Below, piece after piece: positions 28,476 through 43,406 of a stretch of 64,000 nt of DNA. The notes beneath the pieces are model-generated. The model saw only the letters and a program-made list of their open reading frames with translations, did not search any database and was not told the origin of the DNA. Every line of letters starts with the position of its first letter. The stretch's first letter is position 1. The translations under genes were made by a program, and so were the position numbers. The stretch spans positions 128,001 through 192,000 of the forward strand of contig CAVTNB010000002.1 in the NCBI GenBank assembly GCA_963736005.1, in the 5' to 3' direction. This stretch comes from an uncultured Pseudomonadota bacterium. Lineage in GTDB: Bacteria; Vulcanimicrobiota; Vulcanimicrobiia; Eremiobacterales; Eremiobacteraceae.

Positions 28476-29822
28476 TGAACATCGATTTTGGACCAGATTC
28501 CGTGCTCGCCAACCGCTACCGCATCGTGGAGAAGATCGGTAAGGGCGGTATGGCCGAGGTGTTTCGCGGCGTCGATCATGTGCTCGAGCGCGAAGTAGCG
28601 GTGAAAGTACTCACCGAGCGTTCGGACGACGTGTGCCGCCGTTTTCTCTTGGAAGCCCAATCCATGGCGCGACTGAATCATCCCAACATCGTTGCAGTCT
28701 ACGACGTTGGGGTCGATCGGAATCTTTCCTACATCATTTTGGAGTTCGTACGCGGCAGCACGATGCGCGATATCGACCGAAAGAAGATTTCTTTCGACGC
28801 TTCGCTCACCCTCACAATCCAGCTCCTCGAAGCACTTCAGTACGCTCACGGCCAAGGCATCATTCACCGCGACATCAAGCCCGGCAACCTCATGATCGGC
28901 GATGATAAAACGCTCAAGGTGATGGACTTCGGGCTTGCGCGGCGCATGAGCGACATGTCCAACTTAACCCAAAGCGGTGAAATCGTTGGAACCATAGCGT
29001 ACTTGCCGCCAGAACGATTTTTGGGGAAGTCCGGCGATAAATCGAGCGATCTCTATTCGGTTGGCGTCCTGATGTACGAATTGCTTTGCGGCACGCTGCC
29101 CTTTCCGCACGAATCCGGAGACCTCGTCGCTGTGATGTACGCCCACGTCAACGATCGGCCACGACCTCCGCGATTGCTCAATCCGCTCATTCCGCCCGCA
29201 TTGGACCGCATCATCATGCGTCTGCTCGAAAAGGAGCCTGCGCGGCGCTATGGGGATGCAGCTTCGCTCATTGCCGATCTGCGAGCAGTCCAAAGCTCGT
29301 TGATCCGCCAGGCTGCCAAAGCGCTCAAAGATTCCCCTGCGGCCGAGCCGAGAGGAACCGCAAGCGACGGCCGTAACGGCAGACACCCCGATTGCCGTCA
29401 GCGATTCCAAGAAAACAAAAGAAGAGCGCGCTGCATCTGTCGACCCCTCAACCGGCGGGTATCTCAAGAGCGACTTGGTGACGAGCAAGACGTTCACGAG
29501 CGCACTCAGTCGCGTCATGCAAGGCATGATGAGCGCCCGCAAGCAGCAATGGCGCGAAGCCGAAGATCACTATGCTGCCGCAGTGGGCATGTTGACGCCG
29601 CTTCGCCATCCCTCCGAGCTGGCGCGCACCTACGCCCGCCTGGGCGGCATGTACTGCGCGAAGATGAAGGCGACCGGGGTCGTATTGCCAAGCGAAGTCA
29701 CCGCAGCCCGCGAGTACCTCACCAAAGCTCTGCCCGTCTTGCGTGAAAAACATCTCACCAACGACGTCAAAGAGGCTGAAGCGAATCTCAAGTCTTTGGA
29801 ATCCCTGCGGACGTCAGCGTAG
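28475..29822 (+). CDS. Hanks-type Ser/Thr protein kinase with helical C-terminal domain, apparent frameshift near 29350
   Basis: GKGGMA, VAVK, HRDIKPGN, DFG, SDLYS.G; shifted frame EEPQATAVT... joins ORF 29475-29822. Confidence 0.88.
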
Positions 29823-29878
29823 CTGACGGTGGTGGGCCAAAGCGCGCTGTCGGGTCGGCGTCTCCAGATTCTCACTGC

Positions 29879-31565
29879 GTGCGCGTGGTCGTCAACCTGC
29901 TTGTCACGATCCCGCTTGCCCGCATTCTCAACGTGTGGGTGGACGAGGCATACACGCTCTACACCACGGGCTCAACGTTAAAGCACGCAATCGGTCGAGC
30001 GATCTACTTTGAGTACCAACCGCCCTTTTACTTTGCAACGCTCAACCTGTGGCGCTCCTTAGACCACTCCGTTTTCTTTGCGCGGCTCTTCTCCGTTCTT
30101 TGCGTCGCCTTCACAATCTACGCGGCCGGTAAACTCTCGGTCCGCTATCTCAAGGGCCTGAATCCAGCGGTGGCACTCGCAGCTATTGCGATCAACCCGG
30201 CAGCGATTTGGGCTGCAGAGGAGATTCGTGTCTATGCCTTAGCAGGGCTGCTTGGCGCGCTGCTTCTGTGGACCTTTTATGATGGCTACTTGACGGAAAG
30301 TCAGACCAGAAACTCTCGATCGCTGCATGTGATCTTGGCAGTCGTTGCCCTGTATACGCAGTACTTCTTAGGCTTTTTGCTCGCAGGCAACGTGGTGACT
30401 CTGCTCGTGATGCGGCGCTCTCAGGCGCTTCGATCATACGTGCTCGGAATGATCGTCGTCGCGATCTTTTGTCTCCCTATCGCCTATGTATTGCGAGGAC
30501 AAATCACCGCCGGAACGTCAACATTTGTGAGCTCGCTTGCGCCGCTCCAGTTGGCCAATGCTATCTTGTCGACGCTGCTCTCCTATGTCATGCCGCTTGC
30601 CTGGGTTAACGCTTGGTACATCTTGCCAATTGGACTTGTCGCAGCCGCTGTGATCGTGTTTCTCGCTGCCAGGGGCCTTCCGTTGAAGGAAGAGGCCTGT
30701 GCGTCATCGCCGCCGTGGGCACCACTTGTCTCTTCATCGCGATGGCCATAACGAAAGAACCTTTTGCGCGCGCGTTACGTGTATATACTTTTCATCCCAC
30801 TCGTGTTTGCGTGGCTCGCTGTGTTAGCGTCGCTTGGGCGTCACGCACGGACTATCGCTACGATTTGGCTTATCGCGTTTGTTATCTGCAGCGCGGTGAG
30901 TCTCCACTTCACATACCGCGCACTCGCCAAGACAGGGGACTGGCAGCGCGTCGCCACATATATCATGACAGTCGGAACAGCCAAACGAACCGATTCTGGT
31001 TTTTGGCTTCGCATACACGTTCCCACTCAAAGTATACTACTCGGGCAATAACCCCATTGTCGCGCTCCCGACCTACGCCCTACGAGATGAACAGCAACTC
31101 AAGGCCAAGCTCGATAGCACGCCTGGCCGTCACGCTCTGGTTTGGCTCGTGAAAACTGAGGAGTGCACCCGCGAAAATGTGGACTTGCACTGTGCAATGT
31201 TAGAAGATTTTATCGCGAAGCATTTTTCAGTTGTAGCAAGCCGCGCTTTCTACGGATCCTCGGTGCGCTTGCTAAGGCGAAAGCGAACATCGCTGGCTTC
31301 GCTCGCTCATGGACGCGGAAGTCATCGGCGAATCCGGTGTTGCTGTCAAGGTAGCAATGCGGCAGGAGCGATCAATCAGCATACTCCCCCGATTAGGGAC
31401 CGTTCAACGGCCAGGGCATCCCAAGACGAAACCAGCCGAATGAGGATCCGAGCACAGCATGATCCATTGACCATTTGGCCTTCGGACTGGGTTGGACCAA
31501 GGCTCCTTAGAGACATTGCTTGCCCACGTACCCTTCATATGCTGGGCTTTGGCGTGCGCGACTGA
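29879..31565 (+). CDS. Multi-TM GT-C (GT39/PMT-like) glycosyltransferase, several frameshifts; both ends uncertain
   Basis: WVDEAYT, QPPFYF, RLFS, EIRVYAL, LYTQYF, ARY, DWQRVA across ORFs 29879-30751, 30764-31051 and 31149-. Confidence 0.72.
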
Positions 31566-31692
31566 TCACAATCTCAAAAAAACGTGTCAAGCGCGCCGTG
31601 ACTTCGCGCATAGTTCCAACTGCACATGTTTCATATGATGCCCTAACTGAGAGCGGGCTTTTCCGCTCTCTTCGTTTGGGGTCAAAATTCCA

Positions 31693-33091
31693 TTGGTTGA
31701 TCTCAAGCGGTATTTCCGTTCCATTTTCTTCCTCTGTACTGGCATGCATCTTTGCGATCGCGCTATTCGCGGGATGCGGCGGATCGTCGTCTGTCGCTCC
31801 ACCTCTGAAAAACACAAGCGGTCCTCTTCGCCAAGCCCATCACCGTTGCCCTCGGGTAGTCCCGACCCGGCGCAGGCGGTGGTGAACCACTGGGATTCAT
31901 CTTTTTATTACGTCCAGAATGCGACATGCGGTCACTTTCATGTCGCCTACAACACCAACACAGTCCTTCGTCCCGAGCCGGTCGGCAATCACTGAAGGCG
32001 GCGACGTGATGATCTGGGGGAGTGGCAGTTGCGGTCAAAATAACATCGTTGCGACCCAGATTAGTCTGTCAAGTCCAACTCCGTCGCCAACACCAACAAT
32101 GACTCCGACACCGCCACGCCTACGCCGACTCCAACGGACTCGGATACGCCCACGCCCACGCCGACTCCAACCAGCACGCCCACGCACACGCCCACACCGA
32201 CGCCGATGCCGACGCCTACGCCAACGCCAACTCCAACACCGACAAGGACACCCAACTCCCACGCCGACGCCCACGAGAACGGCGACTCCTCCGCCGTCCA
32301 TAGCGCATATCGAAATCATCATGGAGGAAAACGAGACCGAAGCTAGCGTCGTCGGCAATGCAAATGCTCCCTACATCAACGACACGCTCATGTCCGAAGG
32401 TGAGTGGCTAAGCAACTACAACGCTATCGATCATCCCAGCCAGCCTAATTATCTGGCGATCTATTCAGGGTCCGAACAGGGAACGTCGGGTACAGACAAT
32501 TGCCTCACTCCCCCGAATTGGAGCACACCCTCCCTTGGGGGAGAACTCATTGCCAAGGGACTAACGGTCAAGGGCTACATGGAGAGCATTGATTCGACTG
32601 GCAACACTGAGTGTTGGGGAGGCAGTCTCGATTCATCCGGACATCAGGTATACGCTCACAAGCATGACCCAACGATACAATTCCAGGATACGCCTGCGAA
32701 CGATACTGTGCCTTACACGCAACTCGCCAGCGACATAGCGAACAATAGGGTGCCTTCCTTTGCCTTCATCACTCCCAATATGTGCGACGATGGGCACGAT
32801 CCGTGCGGCGGTAACCAAATAGCCGACCTCGACACGTGGTTGAGTAACAACGCCCCTGCGCTTATCGCATACAATGCGACGCATAATGGACAACTATGGG
32901 TGACCTTCGATGAAGGTGTGGGCGGCAATCAAACGGTCTTCGCAGAGTGCATCGGCGTGGGGTGTGTGGCGGGCAAGACTCTATCAACCACCTATATTCA
33001 GGGGCACTATTCATTGCTGCGATACATAGAGACCAATTTTAACCTGCCGCTCTTGGGTGGGAGCGCATCAGCAACGCGTATAGTATTGTGA
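31693..33091 (+). CDS. Lipoprotein: small beta domain, PT linker, phosphoesterase/acid phosphatase domain; frameshifted 5' half
   Basis: Lipobox FAGC; HI.IIMEEN, HPSQPNYLA..SG, Y..KHDP, FITPNMCDDGHD, VTFDEG, HYSLLR.IE. Confidence 0.8.
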
Positions 33092-33120
33092 TGCAGGCTG
33101 GGCTAATTATTGGCCTAAGA

Positions 33121-35799
33121 TCATTCCCCTACCGCTAGCTGTGAAAGCGTGCCTGCGCCGGCGTCGTACGAAAAACTTTGCGTGTTCGACGCAAAATTGT
33201 GTACGTAAAACTTGACCGCGAGTCTATCCGACACACTCGCACTTTGTGCGGAGCCCACGAGAGTGAAGTTCAGTACTCCCGCCGTGCCGAGAGATTGACT
33301 CTGACCCGGCAAGTCAGCCACTTGGGCTAGGCCATCATAGCCTGGGCCGCCGCTGCTGTTGACACGGTAGATTTTCACTTCCTGAATTTGCAAAGAGGCG
33401 TTAGGCTGCGTAATATTCAGCGAGACCGTGTAAGTCGTTGCAGGCCAGGTCGTCAGGCCCGGCTCATTCGGCCCACTTACCCAGCCCCAACTGCTATTGT
33501 TAGGGCTCATTTTATAGGTGAGCGTTTCGTTCATAAGATTGCCGATCGGAACGGGATCCATTTGCTGCGCGACGGCGCCGCTCTCCCCTGGCTCTGTGTA
33601 GAACGACGTCGTTGGTGCGCTTGTCGTTCCCGGCTGATACGAGGTACCACTCACCGATGACTGCGTTGGGCTAGGTGACGGGGACGGGCTCGGTGAGGGG
33701 GATGGACCCGACGATGGCGATGGGCTCGGCAAAGGCGACGGGCTAGGAGACGGTGACGGGCTCGAAGACGGCGACGAGCTCGGTGATGGTGACGGGCTCG
33801 GTGATGGTGACGGGCTCAGTGATGATGAGGGGATCGGCGACGGTGACGGGCTCGGCGACGGCGACGGGCTGGGAGATGGCGACGGACTCGCACTTGAGAT
33901 CTGCAATTGTGATAAGGCCGTCGCTCCCGCATCATAGGAGAAGCTTTGCGTTGACGATGACGTATTGTTAACGTAGAACTTCACCGCAAGCCGATCGGAG
34001 GCATTGGCAATTTGAGCAACGCCGGGGATTGTGAAGGTTAGGATTCCTGCGCTCCCCAAGGATTGCGACAGTCCACTGAGGTCACCGACGGTTGCTAATC
34101 CATCGTATGCCGGGCCCCCCGAGGAGTTTGTTCGAATGATCGTCACTTCTTTGATTTGCAGACCCGAGCCGGGTTGGGTCACGTTAAGCTTGACGACGTA
34201 AGTGGCTGCAGGCCACGCTGTGAGGCCGGGTTGACCGCTACCTGAAACCCATCCCCAACTTGTCTTGTTCGGACTAGCTTTATACGTCAGCGTTTCATTG
34301 GTGAGATTTCCGACGACGCTTGTATCCATCTCTTGCGAGATCGCTCCGCTTTCATTTGGGAAGGTATAGAAGATGCTCTTGGGAGCCGCGGTGGCCCCGG
34401 GATAGTAGGTGCCCGGACTGCCGCTCGAACGGGCAGATGGACTCGGTGTGGGCGATGGACTCGGCGACGGTGACGGCCTCGGCGTGGTCGATGGACTTGG
34501 CGATGGTGACGGACCCGGAGACCCGCCGATGACAATTGACAGTAATGGATGCAGCTCCAAACCGCTTGGCGGATGCTGGGCGCCCGTCCAAGGGTCGTAG
34601 AAGCCCACGCCAGTTACTGTGACTGGAACATTTGGATAGATTGTGGTTGTACCAATGTTATAGTGAGCATCGATGTAGCTTCTGACCGCTTGGATTTGGC
34701 TCAAGACCAAGCTGCCCGCAGCACAAATTGGGTTGGGACTTTCCGTTATAAACTGATGTCCGCTCGAGTCTGCCAATATTACATGATAGTCCAGATCAAC
34801 ACCGGGGGGCTCGATGCTGTACAACGTGACGTTAGTCAAACGATAGGTGGTATATTCCACCGGTGACAGCCGAGTGGGATACTCGGAAGGCAGTGGGAAA
34901 GGCGACGGTTTCGGCAATGCAATCAAATTTGCGAGAGTGGTGTCTTTCGGCGTCAAATTAACTGACGACGCATTGCTGTCAGTGAGCACCTTTATCGGCC
35001 ATCGGTAATGAGGATAGCAACTTGGGCTAGGCGATGCGGTCAGGGAGTGAAATTTCCCACTTTGGGCCGGCATTTGAGCGCCGGGATATGGTTGATCGTC
35101 GGGATCGATGTCCGGGTTGAGCGTTGCAGTCGGTGTTACTGCTGCCGGAGAGCGGGTTGGCGTGGATGATGGTCTTGGTGAAGGTAGGCGGTGCGACGCG
35201 ATGGCGCTCGGTGCTGGAGACATGCTGGTTGTCGGTTTCGTCAGTTTCGCGCAATTTAGCCCCACACAAATGGAAAGTATTGGGTGTAACTCGATTCCAT
35301 TATGCGCTTGCCCGGGCTCCGTTGAGAGGAAGTCAAAAAAGCCAATGCCGCTGACGCTAATCTGCGAATTAGGCGGCGCTCGCAATATGAGATTCCCGAT
35401 TGCTTGGTGGACAGCTTGAATTGCGTTGAAAAATGTCGAGCCCGACGCGCAGCTAGGATCGGGGCTCTCGACGAACATCGTGTGTCCCCTGTCGTCCCCT
35501 ATGGTCAAGCGGTAGTCTTGATCGGATTCCAAGTCGATTTTGATCAACCGTACATTGGAAAGTCTATAGGTGGTCGTCTCAACTGGTCGTAAGCGGCTCA
35601 ACGGTGAGAGCTGAGCTGGCGCAGACAGAGAGCCTAGTTCGGCGATCGTTGATTCGACTGCTGGGGCTAAAACTGAAAGGCTATCGGGATCAGCGCCAAC
35701 CTTAATCAACCATCGTTCTGAACCGCAGGCTAAACTGACCGCCGGTGAGAGCAAGAGCACGAGTACAATAAGCGCGAGTATCGAGTGGGTCTTTTTCAA
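33121..35799 (-). CDS. Secreted modular protein: two OB-fold-like modules and two unknown beta modules with Pro/Ser linkers
   Basis: Signal peptide; internal duplications (RW.IK...DY...E.P...G.GF.D...ELHP x2; ESGA..Q.MD...WGWVSG...SDRLAVKF x2). Confidence 0.85.
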   Translation of the reverse strand: MKKTHSILALIVLVLLLSPAVSLACGSERWLIKVGADPDSLSVLAPAVESTIAELGSLSAPAQLSPLSRLRPVETTTYRLSNVRLIKIDLESDQDYRLTIGDDRGHTMFVESPDPSCASGSTFFNAIQAVHQAIGNLILRAPPNSQISVSGIGFFDFLSTEPGQAHNGIELHPILSICVGLNCAKLTKPTTSMSPAPSAIASHRLPSPRPSSTPTRSPAAVTPTATLNPDIDPDDQPYPGAQMPAQSGKFHSLTASPSPSCYPHYRWPIKVLTDSNASSVNLTPKDTTLANLIALPKPSPFPLPSEYPTRLSPVEYTTYRLTNVTLYSIEPPGVDLDYHVILADSSGHQFITESPNPICAAGSLVLSQIQAVRSYIDAHYNIGTTTIYPNVPVTVTGVGFYDPWTGAQHPPSGLELHPLLSIVIGGSPGPSPSPSPSTTPRPSPSPSPSPTPSPSARSSGSPGTYYPGATAAPKSIFYTFPNESGAISQEMDTSVVGNLTNETLTYKASPNKTSWGWVSGSGQPGLTAWPAATYVVKLNVTQPGSGLQIKEVTIIRTNSSGGPAYDGLATVGDLSGLSQSLGSAGILTFTIPGVAQIANASDRLAVKFYVNNTSSSTQSFSYDAGATALSQLQISSASPSPSPSPSPSPSPSPSPIPSSSLSPSPSPSPSPSPSSSPSSSPSPSPSPSPLPSPSPSSGPSPSPSPSPSPSPTQSSVSGTSYQPGTTSAPTTSFYTEPGESGAVAQQMDPVPIGNLMNETLTYKMSPNNSSWGWVSGPNEPGLTTWPATTYTVSLNITQPNASLQIQEVKIYRVNSSGGPGYDGLAQVADLPGQSQSLGTAGVLNFTLVGSAQSASVSDRLAVKFYVHNFASNTQSFSYDAGAGTLSQLAVGE

Positions 35800-35832
35800 C
35801 GGCTTTTCTATCTAATGAGAGAAATCTACGAA

Positions 35833-36291
35833 TCAGGAATCGTGAAGAGTCGTAATGAAAATTGTCTTCTCGCTAGAACCCTTCGCTGATAGGAGCTGCA
35901 ACGTCAAGGTGGTGGTGGAATTCACGACATTCGAAAGGTCCCAATACTGAAATGCCCCACGCCAACGCCCGTTGAGGGTGCGGTGCAGCATAATTGGGGA
36001 AAGGGCTGAGCCCAACAGCGTCACACCAGTCACGGATGCGTCGGCTTGTAGCTCCACCGCTACGTTGCTCCCATTGTGGATGGCAACCGTTTGGTGGGCA
36101 CCGATCTTGTCCCAAGTCACCTCAAACGCGCTGCCGCGGGTCAGATCAGCGATGAATACTTCGACCTGGGTTAATTTGGGACGTTCATATGACTCGGGAA
36201 GTGCCCCCGTTTGTGGGCTCACCGCGTTGGTGGCACATCCAGTTATCAACAGGCAGAGGCACAATATCCACAGGTACGGGAGACGGGACAT
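35833..36291 (-). CDS. Hypothetical lipoprotein
   Basis: Lipobox ITGC after a hydrophobic stretch; co-oriented with neighbours. Confidence 0.7.
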   Translation of the reverse strand: MSRLPYLWILCLCLLITGCATNAVSPQTGALPESYERPKLTQVEVFIADLTRGSAFEVTWDKIGAHQTVAIHNGSNVAVELQADASVTGVTLLGSALSPIMLHRTLNGRWRGAFQYWDLSNVVNSTTTLTLQLLSAKGSSEKTIFITTLHDS

Positions 36292-36690
36292 TATTTTCCG
36301 ATCCTAGACACTCTGAATCGGCCCTCAGTCTATGCGGTTTTGAAGACCTTTTTGCGCCCAGTCAACTGTGATCTACATTACCTTATTGGCTCATTTTCTA
36401 CAATAGGGCAAAGGTGGGGCGGGGCGAGGGCGCTCTAGAGCGCGATGAAGCCTTGTTATCCAAGAGCTCGTAAATCGCGCTAATCAATTCCTCTGGAGAC
36501 GTGACGTCGAGATAATTGAAACCCTTTCTGAAACTTACTAACAGCACGTATAAAAGGGGTTCACAAACAATAACCCTAGATGCAGGCTGTTCAAGTTTCA
36601 GTCTCTCTTTAGGGGACTGCTCTTGGAGTCCAACACCAGGCCAAGCAGTTGGACTCCAGTTGTTCTTGCTGAGCGCTTAGCCCCAAGGCA

Positions 36691-41089
<4,399 letters not shown>

Positions 41090-41520
41090 TCGTCCTCCTC
41101 AAACGGGACCACAAAAATGCACAGCGCTTTCAGTACGAATGCCGCGAGCTGAAGGCCAGTGAGAGCCGTTAACTGAGGGGCGCGATAATGGCCAAATTTG
41201 ACCCGCTCAAAATACTGCAGGTCAATCGCAGGATTGGATTCCTTTATATCACCTCGCGTCAATAACCGCAAGCGTCTTTGTGGGCCAGCGCGACCAGATG
41301 TTTGGAATCCGACGCGCAAGCCAGAGTGAAACACCAACGTTTGCGAGGTTGTTCGCCGTTGTGTAGACCACACTTAATTGCAAATGGCGAAATACTCATA
41401 CTCACATACCGAGTCGCGCGGGGCATTAAACCGTGTAGGCCGGACCACTAGGCCGGCACAGCGCTAAACACGGGGTCGATTTTGGGGCGTTCGTTATCCC
41501 AAACTTTTTTGCAGCTTTTT

Positions 41521-42468
41521 CTAACGCGTTGCAGCAAGCAATCTGTAATACGCGTTCAGCCACCTTGCGGTGAAACCGCCCTGTCGATACTTGACAACAC
41601 TGTCTTCATAAGCAGCGAGAAAAAAGAGATAGCCGTACGAAACCTTGAGTCGGGCGAGTGCCAAATGATACTTCGAAATGGCTTGATAGCGTTGTCGGAC
41701 CCACGTAGCGTCCACCCCAAGCACATCGCGTTCGCCCTTAAGGAATTGTTTCCCAAACGTAATGAGATCTTCTTGTGGGGACAACGTAAGGCGTGATCGC
41801 ACCAACTGCGTGAGATTTTGGAACGCATCGTAATACTGCTCTAATATCTGCAAAGCTACCCCTCTTGAGAGGCAATCGGCAAGCATGGCCTGCTTGAGTG
41901 AATCAAGCTTGCTACCATATGTCGCTGCTAAATCCGTTGCTGCTATTGCATCAAAAAAACCGAGGGAAAATCGCAAAGAGTTGGCAACCGCGGTCATATG
42001 CCTGACCCGAATGGTCGCCGTTTTGGCTACACTAACCAAGAACGATTGATGAGTGCACAGCCCTTCGAACAGCCGGCACCATGTCTCCCCACTCGAGCTC
42101 TCTGATAGGATTTCTGAGACAAGGTCATCGCCTCTTAGTAGATGCCGTCTTGTGTGAGTCGTAAAACGCAAGATGTCTAGACAGTCAAACGGTACGATGA
42201 AGGGTTCATGGAGGAACAGGCCGTGAAAACTCTTTGGGAGCTGGCGGTAGACTGAAAAGAACTGAACGTTGTCCAGCTTGGCGTCACGGACAATGAGTAA
42301 CAAATCGAGGTCGGACAACCCAGGATACTTAACATTCCCAACTTGATAAACAGCTAGCGCTCGAGCCTCAACTCTTTGCGCGTACAACATCGCCGCTTGT
42401 GTATAAAGATGCGGGTCGATAGGGGTAGGGAAATCCTTGAAATGCGCAACTACAGGCTGGCTATGCAA
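41521..42468 (-). CDS. Hypothetical protein with nucleotidyltransferase-like motif
   Basis: YQVGNVKYPGLSDLDLLL (hG..., DxD). Confidence 0.65.
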   Translation of the reverse strand: MHSQPVVAHFKDFPTPIDPHLYTQAAMLYAQRVEARALAVYQVGNVKYPGLSDLDLLLIVRDAKLDNVQFFSVYRQLPKSFHGLFLHEPFIVPFDCLDILRFTTHTRRHLLRGDDLVSEILSESSSGETWCRLFEGLCTHQSFLVSVAKTATIRVRHMTAVANSLRFSLGFFDAIAATDLAATYGSKLDSLKQAMLADCLSRGVALQILEQYYDAFQNLTQLVRSRLTLSPQEDLITFGKQFLKGERDVLGVDATWVRQRYQAISKYHLALARLKVSYGYLFFLAAYEDSVVKYRQGGFTARWLNAYYRLLAATR

Positions 42469-43406
42469 TCCAAGAACTCTTGACAGCTTGTCGTAAATGC
42501 ATCCGAGCGATCACCGAGCAACTCACGAACATTGGCACTAGATTGGTACATGCGCGATAAGCGAATTATCGCGTGTGGGTGAAACATCTTTGAGACTATA
42601 TGCTGAGTCATACGGGCGGGAGGTCTTCGCCAGCGTAACCTCATGTCTTCGGCCTGGCGAATAGCACCCCAAGCGACGCCTGGAAATTCTTGCGGTCCAA
42701 GAGCAAAGGAATCTCTCTTATAGCAAAAAATATCGACGGACGCCAAGAGTAGACTAGGCATGAGGAGCAGCCCCGACAGAACGGACTTAAATGCATAGTC
42801 GTCACGCTCGTGATCTCTTCGTTCCAAACGCCCAACTAACGACTCGATCGATGCCTGAAGTCTTAATTTTGTGTTAGGGGAAACCACCTTTCTGAGGGTG
42901 ATTGACGGTGTTCCCCAAATCACGAGCGCGTTGCGCAGTGTCTCCACTGGCAAGAAGGATTCCCGATATGAGTCAAATTCGCTGCGCAACATAAACATGA
43001 AGCCGTGATGCATGAGGCAATCATAGAGAAACATCGAGCGAAGCAAGGTTTGCAGTTCGGATACGGCATTTTGATGCTGCGTTGCCGTAAAGGAACGGGA
43101 ATCATCAAGTACCACAAGGACGTCAACGTCACTGAAGCCACAGGTATCACCGGTCGCCTGACTTCCGTGCACGAGGATCTGATGTATCGGCTCTAATCTC
43201 GCACCGTCAACTCTAAGATCAAGGTTTTTCACACCGCTGCTTTGGCGGAGCGGCAGCCGAAGTTCACCTCCTGCCGGCATTGACGGATTCAAGCCTGCAA
43301 CCGCGGGCGGTCGTGAGCGCCTAGGGGCAAAAAGGTGCCGGCGGCGTAGGGCTTCCCCGTTGACCCAAACATCGTAGTATGTCACCAAATCCACTGTCTC
43401 ATACAT
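42450..43406 (-). CDS. Nucleotidyltransferase-domain protein (Pol-beta superfamily)
   Basis: LVHGSQATGDTCGFSDVDVLVV (hGS...DxD). Confidence 0.72.
   Translation of the reverse strand: MYETVDLVTYYDVWVNGEALRRRHLFAPRRSRPPAVAGLNPSMPAGGELRLPLRQSSGVKNLDLRVDGARLEPIHQILVHGSQATGDTCGFSDVDVLVVLDDSRSFTATQHQNAVSELQTLLRSMFLYDCLMHHGFMFMLRSEFDSYRESFLPVETLRNALVIWGTPSITLRKVVSPNTKLRLQASIESLVGRLERRDHERDDYAFKSVLSGLLLMPSLLLASVDIFCYKRDSFALGPQEFPGVAWGAIRQAEDMRLRWRRPPARMTQHIVSKMFHPHAIIRLSRMYQSSANVRELLGDRSDAFTTSCQEFLDCIASL

Noticed and set aside
41521..43406. CBASS or MNT-HEPN defence system call
   Set aside because: No recognisable effector, HEPN RxxxxH motif or ancillary genes; context is glycan biosynthesis, so it is kept only as an alternative
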